Below the pieces are notes generated by a model. It was not told the origin of the DNA. It made no database searches and saw nothing but the letters and a program-made list of their open reading frames with translations. DNA of 64,000 nucleotides, from assembly GCA_041391425.1 (NCBI GenBank), contig JAWKNZ010000011.1, positions 8,743 through 72,742 of the forward strand, read 5' to 3'. Position numbers and translations under genes: made by a program. Within the stretch, counting starts at the first letter, position 1, and every line of letters starts with the position of its first letter. Shown here piece after piece: positions 45,123-55,041 of this stretch. The DNA comes from Bdellovibrionota bacterium. GTDB taxonomy: Bacteria; Bdellovibrionota_B; Oligoflexia; Oligoflexales; JAWKNZ01.

Positions 45123-46024
45123 ATGGACGGGTTCCGATGTAAAACTAAGATTGCTGCGATACTAATTTTTGCTACTTTTGTTTTTTCAAGTAGGTCCTAT
45201 GCCGGTCCTTCAGGCGGCGAGTTGAAATATCCCATTATTTGCATCACGGAATGCTTGGCTTTGATCAAATAGGATCGTTCGGTTATTTCTATCGCGTCCG
45301 CCGTGCTCTTGAAAATGATGGCTATCGTGTTTATGCAAGTAAAGTCGATCCATTTAATACAGTTGCTATCAGGGCTGGGCAACTTGATCAATTTATTGAA
45401 AGTGTTCTTGCTAAAACGGGCGCAGATAAAGTGCATATTATAGCGCATTCGATGGGTGGTTTAGATGCCCGTTATGTTATTAGCCAACTAAAGAAGGAAT
45501 CAAGTATTGCTTCGTTGAGTATGATTGGTACTCCTAATTATGGAACTTTGATTGCTGATAAGGTTTTAGAAGAGTTAGATAGTCGTAAATATCATTGTCT
45601 GTTGATTTTACAAAAGCTTGTGGGAATTGGAGAGTCTCGCTTTATGCAGAAAGTTCGCGAAGTTGCCCGAGATCTTTCTGTAGGTTGGATTAAAAATCGT
45701 TTCAATCCTGCTGTTCGTGATAGCGACCAAGTTTTTTATCAATCTTGGGCAGGGATTAGCTCTCCTTTTATTGGTGGCTCTGAAGATTGGATGCTCCCTG
45801 TTCTGCAGCCACTTTCGTTATTATTGCAGTCCTGGACAGGCGATAATGATGGGTTGGTGAGTGTGGCGTCACAAAAGTGGGGTAAATTTAACGGAACTAT
45901 ACCAGCAGATCATCTCGATGAAGTTGGACAGCCTTTTGGAGGCTCTAGCTATACTTTCCACCATATAAAATTTTATCGTCATATCGCTTCGACATTACGT
46001 AAAGTTGAAGCAATGTCCAGATAA
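45123..46024 (+). CDS. Secreted triacylglycerol lipase (family I-like; frameshift near 45238)
   Basis: Signal peptide and KYPII in the upstream frame, then HGMLG, AHSMGG, GTPNYG, NDGLV, DHLDEV. Confidence 0.88.
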
Positions 46025-46064
46025 ATTTTGTCACCTCAGTTTATTTAAGCTACAGTCCATAGAT

Positions 46065-46228
46065 CCCGGATCCGAATTTCTAGCCGGCTGCGGCGTTTGC
46101 TTCGTCGTCAGGAAATCCTCATGTACCAACATGTACACTGCAGTTTCACTCCTCCTCGCGCCTAGCACCCGAGCGAACTGAATCCGGTGAAAATACTCTA
46201 CAGTTTTTTCAAAAATTTCAGATCCCGG
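46065..46228. mobile_element. Family A MITE, copy A4
   Basis: CCCGGATCCG...AGATCCCGG flanked by direct repeat ATAGAT. Confidence 0.9.
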
Positions 46229-46702
46229 ATAGATTTGTGATAAGGGTTTTTCTGTAGCTATCAGCTTAGAGAGTAGTGTCATGTAAGTTTGAGCTTTTCT
46301 TTGTGGTAATGCTTTTTTAAGTCCCCTAGGGAGAATTATTGCTCATAATCGTCTTTTTAAAATCCACGCCAGAAGCTCTCAGAGAGCTCAAGCTCTGGAA
46401 CTTCGTTGTCGTGATCTTCTTCAAAGTCATATAGAAAATCTGAAGTCTTCATCAGATCTTTTGAATTTCCGGTATCGAGTGAAGTCGATAACCTTTGCTA
46501 GTTGAGCTGGCTGTTGCATATCTCTGGTTCTCCTATGTTATGGCTGGACCCTAGGATTGAAGAAATCAGATTATAAACTACGTCAATCTTTAACAACCTC
46601 AGCTACTACATTATTGACGTGGACTCTGGCAAAAATTAGAAGCGAATACAAATATTTTAAGCAAATACTGGTAGCTGAGAGTATGGCAAGAGCATAATAA
46701 AA

Positions 46703-46861
46703 CCGGGATCTGAAATTTTTTGAAAACTGTAGTATTTTCACCGGATTCGAAGTTTGCTCGGGTGCTAGGCGCGAGGAGGTGGGAAACCGCAGTGTATGTT
46801 GCTTGGCAAAGGGATTTTCTGACGATGAAGCAACGCCGCAACCATTTCATCCGGATCCGGG
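46703..46861. mobile_element. Family A MITE, copy A5 (variant core)
   Basis: CCGGGATCTG...GGATCCGGG flanked by direct repeat ATAATAAAA. Confidence 0.85.
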
Positions 46862-46910
46862 ATAATAAAAACGTTTTGCTAAATGATGGCATTGATGGAT
46901 TTTCCTGTTA

Positions 46911-46940
46911 TTGCCATGGTTTAATGATTTAGGGTATAAT
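46911..46940 (+). promoter_or_regulatory. Putative sigma70 promoter between A5 and A6
   Basis: TTGCCA-N18-TATAAT. Confidence 0.4.
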
Positions 46941-46965
46941 ACTGTAAAATAGATTTGACATGTAA

Positions 46966-47127
46966 CCGGGATCTGAAATTTTTTGAAAAACTGTAGTATT
47001 TTCAGCGGATTCGCAGTTCGCTTAGGTGCTAGGCGCGCGGAGGTGGAAACCGCAGTGTACATGTTGGTACATGAGGACTTCCTGACGACGAAGCAACGCC
47101 GTAACCGGCTAGAAATTCAGATCCGGG
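46966..47127. mobile_element. Family A MITE, copy A6
   Basis: CCGGGATCTG...AGATCCGGG flanked by direct repeat ATGTAA. Confidence 0.9.
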
Positions 47128-47261
47128 ATGTAAATTGACTGTAGAGTTAAGGAGTTTCTCTGAGATTGTAGGTACGTGAAGGCATATGGGCGTATAAATA
47201 TAAGTTTGTGGATTAAACTAGTTTTAGATCAATGCAAATAATTTAAGTGTAAGGGTTCAAG

Positions 47262-47567
47262 ATGATAAAAAGTATTATATTAGTGGCTGTGTATCTATGT
47301 TTATATTCTTGCCAGGCGATGAAAGCTACGAACAATTCTGATATTGGTGGCGGTGAAGAGTGTCCGATATTTGAACCTCCTTTTTGTCCCGTAGGAAATT
47401 TGATCATTAGCAAGAATGGAGATGGATGTAATATTGCGAAATGCCAGATGGATAATGGTGAAACGGCGTGTCCCGAATATGCCCAACCTCACTGCGAATC
47501 AGGGGAAAAAGTTGTGTTAGTCGATGATGTAGATAATTCGGCTTGCAAAATACCTGTTTGTAAATAG
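47262..47567 (+). CDS. Small Cys-rich lipoprotein with two 4-Cys repeats
   Basis: Lipobox LYS-C; CPIFEPPFCPVG...GCNIAKC and CPEYAQPHCESG...ACKIPVC. Confidence 0.75.
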   Translation: MIKSIILVAVYLCLYSCQAMKATNNSDIGGGEECPIFEPPFCPVGNLIISKNGDGCNIAKCQMDNGETACPEYAQPHCESGEKVVLVDDVDNSACKIPVCK

Positions 47568-47640
47568 TATTCTTCATAAAAATTATTAAATTCATGAGGT
47601 ACTATGCTTTCTTATTATAAAGCCTATTCTTTTTAATGTT

Positions 47641-48768
47641 GTGTTGAGAAAGTGCCGGATGAATTTGAAGAACCAAATGAGATCTATTTTTATAGTTCAT
47701 GAAACCTCAGGGCGGCCATATTACAAAGGGATTGAAGAGTTAGGCAAAGAAAAAAATTTCGAAGTTGTTTATATAGAATCAAGCGTCCTTCGTCTTACAA
47801 TAGCAAATATTGTAAAGCGGGATTGGAAGAGAGGGTATTCGAAGCAAATTTTATCTAATCTTCTTTTCCGAATCAAAGTGCCTTTTTTTAAAAATAGGCT
47901 TATTTTGTTACCGATGGCCCCTTTTGATTTTCGCATGATTTGGTATCGGCTACTGTGCCGAAAAAACAATGTTATATATCATACATCCTGGCCTTATTGG
48001 GATGGCAGTAATGTACCTAGATGGTCAATCTTTCCGTTAAGGTCATTTGTAATGAAAGCTTGGCGAAAGTTTTTTGCTGAGGGGGCGAAATGTATTGTAA
48101 GTGTATTGCCTCTTACTTGTAAATCTATTTTACAGAATTTTTATTGCTGTGTACCTTGCCATTCTATACCACATGCACACGAGTTTAGTGTTCGAGATAA
48201 AATGAAGCTGTCTTTGCAAGATAGAGATAAGCCTCTCAAAATTTTATTTGTTGGCAAACTAATTAGTGAAAAAGGCTTAGAAAATCTTGTGAAGATATCC
48301 AACCTTTTACCTTTATCGGAGAAAATACAGTTGACAATTGTCGGCGATGGTAAGGATAAAAATCTAATCCAGCCAGCATTAGACGTGGGTGCGGTTTGGT
48401 TAGGAGCGGTATCAGATAGAGCAGAATTAAAAAAAGTTTTTGAGTGTCATGATGTTTTGTTAGTTCCTTCGCAAAGAAAAAAAGGCTGGGAGGAGCTTTT
48501 TGGTATGGTTATAATAGAAGCAATGTCTCAAGGTTTAACTGTTATAGCTAGTAATCATATTGGACCAGAAAGCATTGTAAACGAGTCTACAGGTTATATC
48601 TTAGAAGAAAGCCAGCCTGAAGCTTGGGTTGAAGCCATTTTATCATTACATACTAATCGCGGTAATTTATTAAAGCTGCAAGAAGCTGCCATTGCGGAAA
48701 GCCATAAGTATACCACTGCAGTTATAAAAGATGCATGGTGGGAGGTACTTAAAGATTATTTGATCTGA
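47641..48768 (+). CDS. GT4 family glycosyltransferase
   Basis: LFVGKLISEKG, VGDG, EELFGMVIIEAMSQG; start may be 47659 or 47677. Confidence 0.88.
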   Translation: MLRKCRMNLKNQMRSIFIVHETSGRPYYKGIEELGKEKNFEVVYIESSVLRLTIANIVKRDWKRGYSKQILSNLLFRIKVPFFKNRLILLPMAPFDFRMIWYRLLCRKNNVIYHTSWPYWDGSNVPRWSIFPLRSFVMKAWRKFFAEGAKCIVSVLPLTCKSILQNFYCCVPCHSIPHAHEFSVRDKMKLSLQDRDKPLKILFVGKLISEKGLENLVKISNLLPLSEKIQLTIVGDGKDKNLIQPALDVGAVWLGAVSDRAELKKVFECHDVLLVPSQRKKGWEELFGMVIIEAMSQGLTVIASNHIGPESIVNESTGYILEESQPEAWVEAILSLHTNRGNLLKLQEAAIAESHKYTTAVIKDAWWEVLKDYLI

Positions 48769-48813
48769 TAGAAAAATATCAATTTAGCTAAGTATTTTTG
48801 CTATTAGGGTTAG

Positions 48814-49551
48814 TTATGAGTTGGCAAAACTCATAATCAAACCTATAACTCCACCAAACACCCCCCCCCATACTACAAGCCAACCTAAATGCTTATGAAT
48901 CATTTCTTGGATAATCTCTTTTACCATTTTAGGGGTGAGTTCTTCGAGCCGTGTGTCGACAATTCCCTCTATTTTAGTAAGAATAACATCATTGCCGTTT
49001 TGGCCGAAAGATTGGCTGAGTTTTTCTTGAAATTCGTCTGAGTTTCCTATTTCAAACAGTATTTCTTTCATTTTTTCTTCAAAAGGAGATCTTAGTGGCG
49101 CTAAAGCTTCATGGCCGCCCATCATTGCTAGCATACCTCCCATTGGAGAGGTCAGGACGACATCAGTGAGCCCTCGGTAGACTTTTTCATAATCTATCGA
49201 TGCTATAATACCTCTAAATCCGTCTAAATTTTCTGAGTTTTCATAGGCGTTATTGTCAGAAAATTTCATCTCTTTAAAAATTCTTTCGAGATTTTCAGTG
49301 TTGAAAAACTGATTCATCATCAAATGCTTTATGCCACTTTTAAATTCTTCGAAACGGTTAGGAATGACTCCTGAGCCATATAATCCAGGAATTTTCTCGA
49401 AAAGCATATGGACAGCAAGCCAATTGGTAATAGCTCCAGAAAAGGCGAAATAGCCGATTGAAGACAAGTGCTCTCCGGTACGACCAGGTATAGCGTAGCT
49501 GGCTATTATACAAATAAGTGCAACTAAATTAGTAAGAAGAGATTTATTCAT
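48814..49551 (-). CDS. DUF445 family membrane protein
   Basis: SGAITNWLAVHMLFEKIPGLYGSGVIP; HLGWLVVWGGVFGG. Confidence 0.85.
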   Translation of the reverse strand: MNKSLLTNLVALICIIASYAIPGRTGEHLSSIGYFAFSGAITNWLAVHMLFEKIPGLYGSGVIPNRFEEFKSGIKHLMMNQFFNTENLERIFKEMKFSDNNAYENSENLDGFRGIIASIDYEKVYRGLTDVVLTSPMGGMLAMMGGHEALAPLRSPFEEKMKEILFEIGNSDEFQEKLSQSFGQNGNDVILTKIEGIVDTRLEELTPKMVKEIIQEMIHKHLGWLVVWGGVFGGVIGLIMSFANS

Positions 49552-49587
49552 TTTAAAGTTTTGTGTTTGACTTTCGGGATTAAAGAT

Positions 49588-49995
49588 TTACTTGCTGCCT
49601 ACCTTGCAGCCTGTATTAACGGATCGCATGATGTCTTCTCTTGGAATCAAATCTGTAGGCAAGGAAGCACGGCGTATATTGGCTCTATGAAGCACAGCTC
49701 CGCGCAACTTGGAATAATCAAGGTCGGCACCTTCTAAATTTGCACCAGAAAAATCTGCTCCCTCCAAATTCGCATTCCAAAGGGAGGCATCTCTGAGGTC
49801 AGCGTTGCGAAAGATGGCGTCCTTCAAATTTGCATAGGAGAAGTTGCTGTTCTTGCAGTTACAGTCAGAAAAGTCGACTTTGATAAGGTTGGCCTTTCTC
49901 ATATCCATTTCAGCTAAGGGCATTTTTTCAGCTAATAACTCCAAGACTTCTTTTCTTGTGAGTGTTTGTGTCTTTGGCTGTTTGTCCTTATTCAT
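49588..49995 (-). CDS. Pentapeptide repeat protein
   Basis: A(N/D)LxxA repeats: ANLKDAIFRNADLRDASLWNANLEGADFSGANLEGADL. Confidence 0.88.
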   Translation of the reverse strand: MNKDKQPKTQTLTRKEVLELLAEKMPLAEMDMRKANLIKVDFSDCNCKNSNFSYANLKDAIFRNADLRDASLWNANLEGADFSGANLEGADLDYSKLRGAVLHRANIRRASLPTDLIPREDIMRSVNTGCKVGSK

Positions 49996-50181
49996 TGCAT
50001 CTCCTCGCTAATGGTGCGTATTCCAACCTGGCAGAATTACCACAGTTATTTTGAAAATCAAAGAATTGTTTTTTGAATTTTGATAGGGGCTATTAGAGTT
50101 ATAGCTAAGGTTTAAACACTTTGAGGGCTGATGTTAGGCTGTGCATGAATGAATAAGGGGTCGAGTAGAGAGCTTTAGCTC

Positions 50182-51042
50182 CTAATAAGTCGCTTGCTTT
50201 ATAGCTTGAATGACAGCCTTTACTGCCTGTGTTTTAGTCAAGTCTGCTCGATGGATAAGGCAAACTTGATCGCTAAATGTTGGTGCACTCTTAGATAGCA
50301 ATGATAGATTATTGCTTTGCCCAGCTTTGGCTACGCGTTCAGGGAGAATGGCAACACCAATGCCACTAGAGGCAAGATTTTTTATGACTTCCAAATTAGA
50401 TGAATGGATATGCCGCATAAATGTATTGGAGAATTTTGGGTTTTTCTTTAATTTTTTCAATAAATTAGAGCTTTGTTGGAGGTTTGGGTCGTAAATTAAA
50501 ATATTCTTTTCGAAACTATTTGATGTAAGCTTCCAAAACCCAACTTGGTCTTGACATAGCTTATGAATCACTAATTCTGGATGATTGACCGGATTGACGA
50601 CTATTCCTAGGTCAAGCCTGAGGCTGATAACCTCTTCTGCTATTTTTCTAGATAGGTCATGCTGTAGATTGATGGTTAACTCACTATTTTCAATGAGGAG
50701 TTTGGGTAGGAAACGGTTCAATGTATAAAGTGCTACGGAAGGGTGGCAGCCAAGTGAAACTTCTCCTGATATTTCATAGTGTGATTTGAGAGTATCAGCC
50801 CGAAGCTGTTTCCAATTTTCTAATACAAGGCGACTGCCATTGAGAAATTTTCTACCAGCTTGGGTTAGTTTTACTCCATTTTTGAATCGCGTTAGGAGTG
50901 GAACGCCAATATTTTCTTCCAATCTTTTTACGGAGAGGCTAATGCTAGGTTGAGTAAGGCCAAGGCGCTCGGCGGCTCTAGAAAGATTTTCTGTCTTTGA
51001 AACTTCAATGAAATTAACAATATCTGTCGAGGAAGGTAGCAT
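50182..51042 (-). CDS. LysR family transcriptional regulator
   Basis: NLSRAAERLGLTQPSISLSVKRLEE...LTQAG; divergent from the dioxygenase gene. Confidence 0.93.
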   Translation of the reverse strand: MLPSSTDIVNFIEVSKTENLSRAAERLGLTQPSISLSVKRLEENIGVPLLTRFKNGVKLTQAGRKFLNGSRLVLENWKQLRADTLKSHYEISGEVSLGCHPSVALYTLNRFLPKLLIENSELTINLQHDLSRKIAEEVISLRLDLGIVVNPVNHPELVIHKLCQDQVGFWKLTSNSFEKNILIYDPNLQQSSNLLKKLKKNPKFSNTFMRHIHSSNLEVIKNLASSGIGVAILPERVAKAGQSNNLSLLSKSAPTFSDQVCLIHRADLTKTQAVKAVIQAIKQATY

Positions 51043-51197
51043 AAATTTTTCCTATCCCATTCATGTATATTATTAATTTATCATCTGGCTCAGAAATGAT
51101 CTATGATGCCTCGATCGTTTAGGGATCTTACAGAGGCTGTCTGCCATCAATTTGAGCTTACGTAAGTTACTTCTATTTTACTTCAAAGGAGAAGAGC

Positions 51198-51863
51198 ATG
51201 GCAAATCATGACATTATGAACCGGAGAAAGTTGTTACAAGGGATTTCGGCATTATCACTTGGCTCGGTTGGAGCAAGTGCGTTATCGCAAGCGCTGTGTA
51301 AAATTCCCACAGCGCAGCAGACTGAGGGGCCTTTTTATCCAGTGGAGGAGCAGGAGGATGAGGACTTCGATCTGACTCGTGTTGCTGGGCATAGAGAAGG
51401 TGCTAAAGGAGAAAAAATTAAGGTGAGAGGTTTAGTGCAAGATCAAAATTGTCTACCGGTTGCTGGAGCCTTAGTTGAAGTTTGGCAAGCTTGCCATTCT
51501 GGGCGTTATAACCATCCTTCTGACCCTAATACTGGTGTCGAATTAGACCCAAATTTCCAATATTGGGGAAGGGCTATTAGTGCTGAAGACGGATCTTATC
51601 AATTTTTAACCATCCGCCCGGGGCAGTATCCAGCTTCTGATACTTGGATCCGTCCATCGCACATACATTTTAAGATACAAAAACGCGGATATAGAGAGTT
51701 AACAACCCAAATGTATTTTGCTGGTGACAGATACAATGCTAGTGACTTAATTTTGAATGAGTTGACTGACGCAGAAAAAGATGCCGTTATTGTAGATTTT
51801 CAAGAAGATGCTAACGAAACTTATCCAGTTGGAACATTCGATATTGTAATAGAAAAGTTGTAG
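51198..51863 (+). CDS. Intradiol ring-cleavage dioxygenase (protocatechuate 3,4-dioxygenase beta-like) with Tat signal
   Basis: NRRKLL twin-arginine leader; EGPFY, EVWQA, GRYNH, PGQY, RPSHIH, TTQMYF. Confidence 0.88.
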   Translation: MANHDIMNRRKLLQGISALSLGSVGASALSQALCKIPTAQQTEGPFYPVEEQEDEDFDLTRVAGHREGAKGEKIKVRGLVQDQNCLPVAGALVEVWQACHSGRYNHPSDPNTGVELDPNFQYWGRAISAEDGSYQFLTIRPGQYPASDTWIRPSHIHFKIQKRGYRELTTQMYFAGDRYNASDLILNELTDAEKDAVIVDFQEDANETYPVGTFDIVIEKL

Positions 51864-52026
51864 GCGGGATCTGAAATTTTTTGAAAAACTGTAGTATTTT
51901 TATCGGATTCGAAGTTCGGCTGGGTGCTAGGCGCGAGGAGGAGGGAGACCGCAGTGTACATGTTGGTACATGAGGATTTCCTGACGACAAAGCAACGACG
52001 CAACCGGCTAGGAATTCGGATCCGGG
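51864..52026. mobile_element. Family A MITE, copy A7
   Basis: Flanked by direct repeat TTGTAG, which includes the dioxygenase stop codon. Confidence 0.9.
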
Positions 52027-52119
52027 TTGTAGACTTTCTTTATGCTGGTTTTTTCATAGGATGATGAACAAAAAATCAGATATTGAAAGGAGTAAGTTTT
52101 GGATATATGAAAGATACTA

Positions 52120-52298
52120 GGGCGTGTTGACGTTTCATTTTCGTAGCGAGAGACAAATACTTGAAAGTCGCAGCTAGGAAGGGTTTCAAAAATTACCGGA
52201 GGTGTACTAGATGTACATTGAGGATAATTTTTAAAACCCTGACAACGTTGTGACTCAAGGGTTTGGCTCGTAGTAGGAAATGAAACGTCAACACGCCC
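52120..52298. mobile_element. Family B MITE, copy B5
   Basis: Perfect 21-bp TIRs; CTA|element|TAG. Confidence 0.93.
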
Positions 52299-52327
52299 TA
52301 GATGGAATTGATGGCGCGGAGGGTAAT

Positions 52328-53173
52328 ATGCCAGTCTTACATAGGATTCAACTTGATCCGATTGTTTCTCGAGCATTGGAAGAAGATTGGGGGCATGGAG
52401 ATTGGACGACTGATCTTTGTGTTGCAGAAGACTCATATGCGACTGCTAAAATTATTACAAAACAGCCTAATATTGTTGCTTCTGGAGTAGAAGTTGCTAT
52501 CAGAGTGTTTGAAAAGGTAGATCCGGATTTAAAAATTGTTCAGCATGCTGAAAACGGGCAAGAGTTGAAGGCTGGTGATTTGATTATAGAGATTGCTGGT
52601 AAAAGCCGTTCGATTTTGAAGGCTGAGCGTGTTGCCCTAAATTTTTTAGGACGGCTTTCTGGGATTGCAACTGAAACAAAAAAATATGTTCGACTTTTAG
52701 AAGGAACAGAGACACAGTTGCTTGACACTCGTAAAACGACACCTGGCCTTAGGTTGCTTGAAAAATCTGCGACAGTTGTCGGTGGCGCCCGTAATCACAG
52801 GCTTTGTCTGACAGATGGTGTCATGGTCAAAGAAAATCATATTCGTGCAGCCGGTGGTATAACTGAAGCATTGAATCGCTTAGTGGAAAGCCTACCTCCT
52901 ACATTGAAAATAGAAGTTGAAACCACAAACTTGGATGAGGTTCAAGAGGCTATTGAAGCAGGTGCTGATTTGATAATGTTGGATAATATGTCTATTTCTG
53001 AGATGGCTTTGGCCGTTAGAACGGTAAGAGGAAGGGCATTATTAGAAGCATCTGGCAATATTACTCTAGATAATTTACGTCAGGTTGCAGAAACTGGGGT
53101 AAATTTTGTTTCTACGAGTGCCATTTTGCATTCTTCAAAGTGGGCTGATTTGAGTTTGTTGTTTAATGTCTGA
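52328..53173 (+). CDS. nadC: Nicotinate-nucleotide pyrophosphorylase (carboxylating)
   Basis: AERVALN, DTRKTTPGLR, NHR, KENH, EVE, MLDN, EASG; GGAGGG SD before ATG 52328. Confidence 0.95.
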   Translation: MPVLHRIQLDPIVSRALEEDWGHGDWTTDLCVAEDSYATAKIITKQPNIVASGVEVAIRVFEKVDPDLKIVQHAENGQELKAGDLIIEIAGKSRSILKAERVALNFLGRLSGIATETKKYVRLLEGTETQLLDTRKTTPGLRLLEKSATVVGGARNHRLCLTDGVMVKENHIRAAGGITEALNRLVESLPPTLKIEVETTNLDEVQEAIEAGADLIMLDNMSISEMALAVRTVRGRALLEASGNITLDNLRQVAETGVNFVSTSAILHSSKWADLSLLFNV

Positions 53174-54773
53174 ATATTCCCATATTAAAACGCATAAATT
53201 TGCAGAGCTGGACTCTACTTCAGATGAAGTGCAGTCGTTGCTTTCGCAAGGCATTAATCCTCCTTTCGTCGTCTGGGCTTCCAAGCAGTTAAAAGGAAGG
53301 GGTCGTAGAGGTAGGAGTTGGCAGAGTGGTGAAGGAAACTTATTTTTAACATTTGCACTTCCTCCCCATTCTTCAAAGACGATTGAAATTGGTTTGTTGC
53401 CAATAGCTGCTGCTGCAATCGTGGCCCAGTGGATTAAGTCTTTTTATTCAATTTCTGTCAGAATTAAATGGCCCAATGATTTAGTCTTTCAAGGTAGAAA
53501 GCTTGGAGGGATTCTCTGTGAATCCTCAATTCAGGGTAAAGAGTGGGGAGATATTTCAATCGGTATAGGATTGAATTTAAATACTGCTCCCGACAATACG
53601 GGGTTAGCTTATCGGTGCACTTCTATTCGAGGCATTTTAGCTGATGACTCAGTTTTTTTAGACGTTGAAGAGGCTAGAGATTCTTTTATCGAATACTTTT
53701 ATTCATCTTGGCTTTCGTTAGATCAACAAAAAATTATAGCTGCCTACTCTGACTTTGCTTTACCGGCAGGCCAACCTGTTTACTTTTGTCAGAAAAAAGA
53801 ATTGTTTTTAACGTCTGGGCTTGAAATTGATGGTTCTTTGCGGCTGGAGTCAGCTGTAAATCCTGGGGAAATTATACCTTTATCTAGTGTAAACCATGAA
53901 TGTGAATGGCTTTACATTGATTACATCAAATCCAATGACCTGCATGAAGAGGCTTTTGGTGTTCCCAACTTGCCTTTTCTTTGTCTTGATATTGGTAATA
54001 GCTTAATTAAAATTTTTTCTTTTGAATCGTGGAAAAATGAGTTTCCTTCCTTTGTTTTTGCTGTTTCTCCACAAGAATTGCCTCGTAAAAAACTTGTTGA
54101 ATTGTTTCCTACAAAAGTTTTATCTTTTTTGGAAAAGATGCCTGGATGGCCTGTTTATTGTTCGAGCGTAAGCCCAGAGGCTTATCAATGTGCTAAATTA
54201 TTTTTTAGTGATGCCGGCGTACGCTTAATTGATGTTGAGAAAAATCCTGTATTTTACCAAGATGGAGCTTACGAGCTTAGTGATTTGGGCATTGATCGCT
54301 TAGCGCTTTTGGAGGGGTGGTTGCGTTGTTTATCTCCGCAGGAGCGTCGAAGAAACGATGTTCTTGCTTTTGTGATTTCTGCAGGGACTGCGACCACAGT
54401 AGATGTGATTTCTAACGAAGGTTACCACTTTGGCGGTTATATTTTACCTGGTATGCAGCTAATATTGGATGCGTTGGCGGATAGTACGGGACTTTTACCT
54501 GAGATTGAATTGCGTACCATGACGGATGTTTTATGTTTTAAGAGGAGAATTGCTTCCAATACACTTATGGCCATGCTTGACGGTGCACTGTTGATGACTG
54601 TTGGTGGAATCGAGAAAATTATCAAAGAGGTTTGTTCGGAGCTAGGAAAACAGTACAGAGAAACTAAAGTTGTCGTCACTGGAGGCAATGCTGCTTTTTT
54701 GGAAAAAGAGCTGAAGGGTAGTCTCTGCAACGATCTTATGCCTAGTGGGATACGCACTTTATGCGGCTTATAA
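53166..54773 (+). CDS. Bifunctional biotin-protein ligase / type III pantothenate kinase fusion (BirA-CoaX)
   Basis: N-half QLKGRGRRGRSW, KWPND, KLGGILCE; C-half LDIGNS, LGIDR, AGTATTVD, GGYILPG, TGG. Confidence 0.88.
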   Translation: MSEYSHIKTHKFAELDSTSDEVQSLLSQGINPPFVVWASKQLKGRGRRGRSWQSGEGNLFLTFALPPHSSKTIEIGLLPIAAAAIVAQWIKSFYSISVRIKWPNDLVFQGRKLGGILCESSIQGKEWGDISIGIGLNLNTAPDNTGLAYRCTSIRGILADDSVFLDVEEARDSFIEYFYSSWLSLDQQKIIAAYSDFALPAGQPVYFCQKKELFLTSGLEIDGSLRLESAVNPGEIIPLSSVNHECEWLYIDYIKSNDLHEEAFGVPNLPFLCLDIGNSLIKIFSFESWKNEFPSFVFAVSPQELPRKKLVELFPTKVLSFLEKMPGWPVYCSSVSPEAYQCAKLFFSDAGVRLIDVEKNPVFYQDGAYELSDLGIDRLALLEGWLRCLSPQERRRNDVLAFVISAGTATTVDVISNEGYHFGGYILPGMQLILDALADSTGLLPEIELRTMTDVLCFKRRIASNTLMAMLDGALLMTVGGIEKIIKEVCSELGKQYRETKVVVTGGNAAFLEKELKGSLCNDLMPSGIRTLCGL

Positions 54774-54878
54774 ATAAGTATGGATAGATGTTTTCTGAGG
54801 AATCGATACTGTAATTGATTGTCTCATCTCATTGAGCTTTCGTATTTATTAGAAGTAAATATTGCCCTTTGTATGTAT

Positions 54879-55041
54879 CCCGTATCCGAATTTCTAGCCG
54901 GTTGCGTCGTTGCTTCGTCGTCAGGAAATCCTCATGTACCAACATGCACACTACGGTTTCCCTTCTCCTCACGCCTAGCACCCGGCCGAACTTCGAATTC
55001 GTTGAAAATACTACAGTTTTTCAAAAAATTTCAGATTCTGG
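54879..55041. mobile_element. Family A MITE, copy A8
   Basis: CCCGTATCCG...AGATTCTGG flanked by direct repeat ATGTAT. Confidence 0.88.

Noticed and set aside
52280..52327. nadC start at 52280 as given in the ORF track
   Set aside because: That ATG lies inside the family B TIR; ATG 52328 has a better SD and gives a normal NadC length
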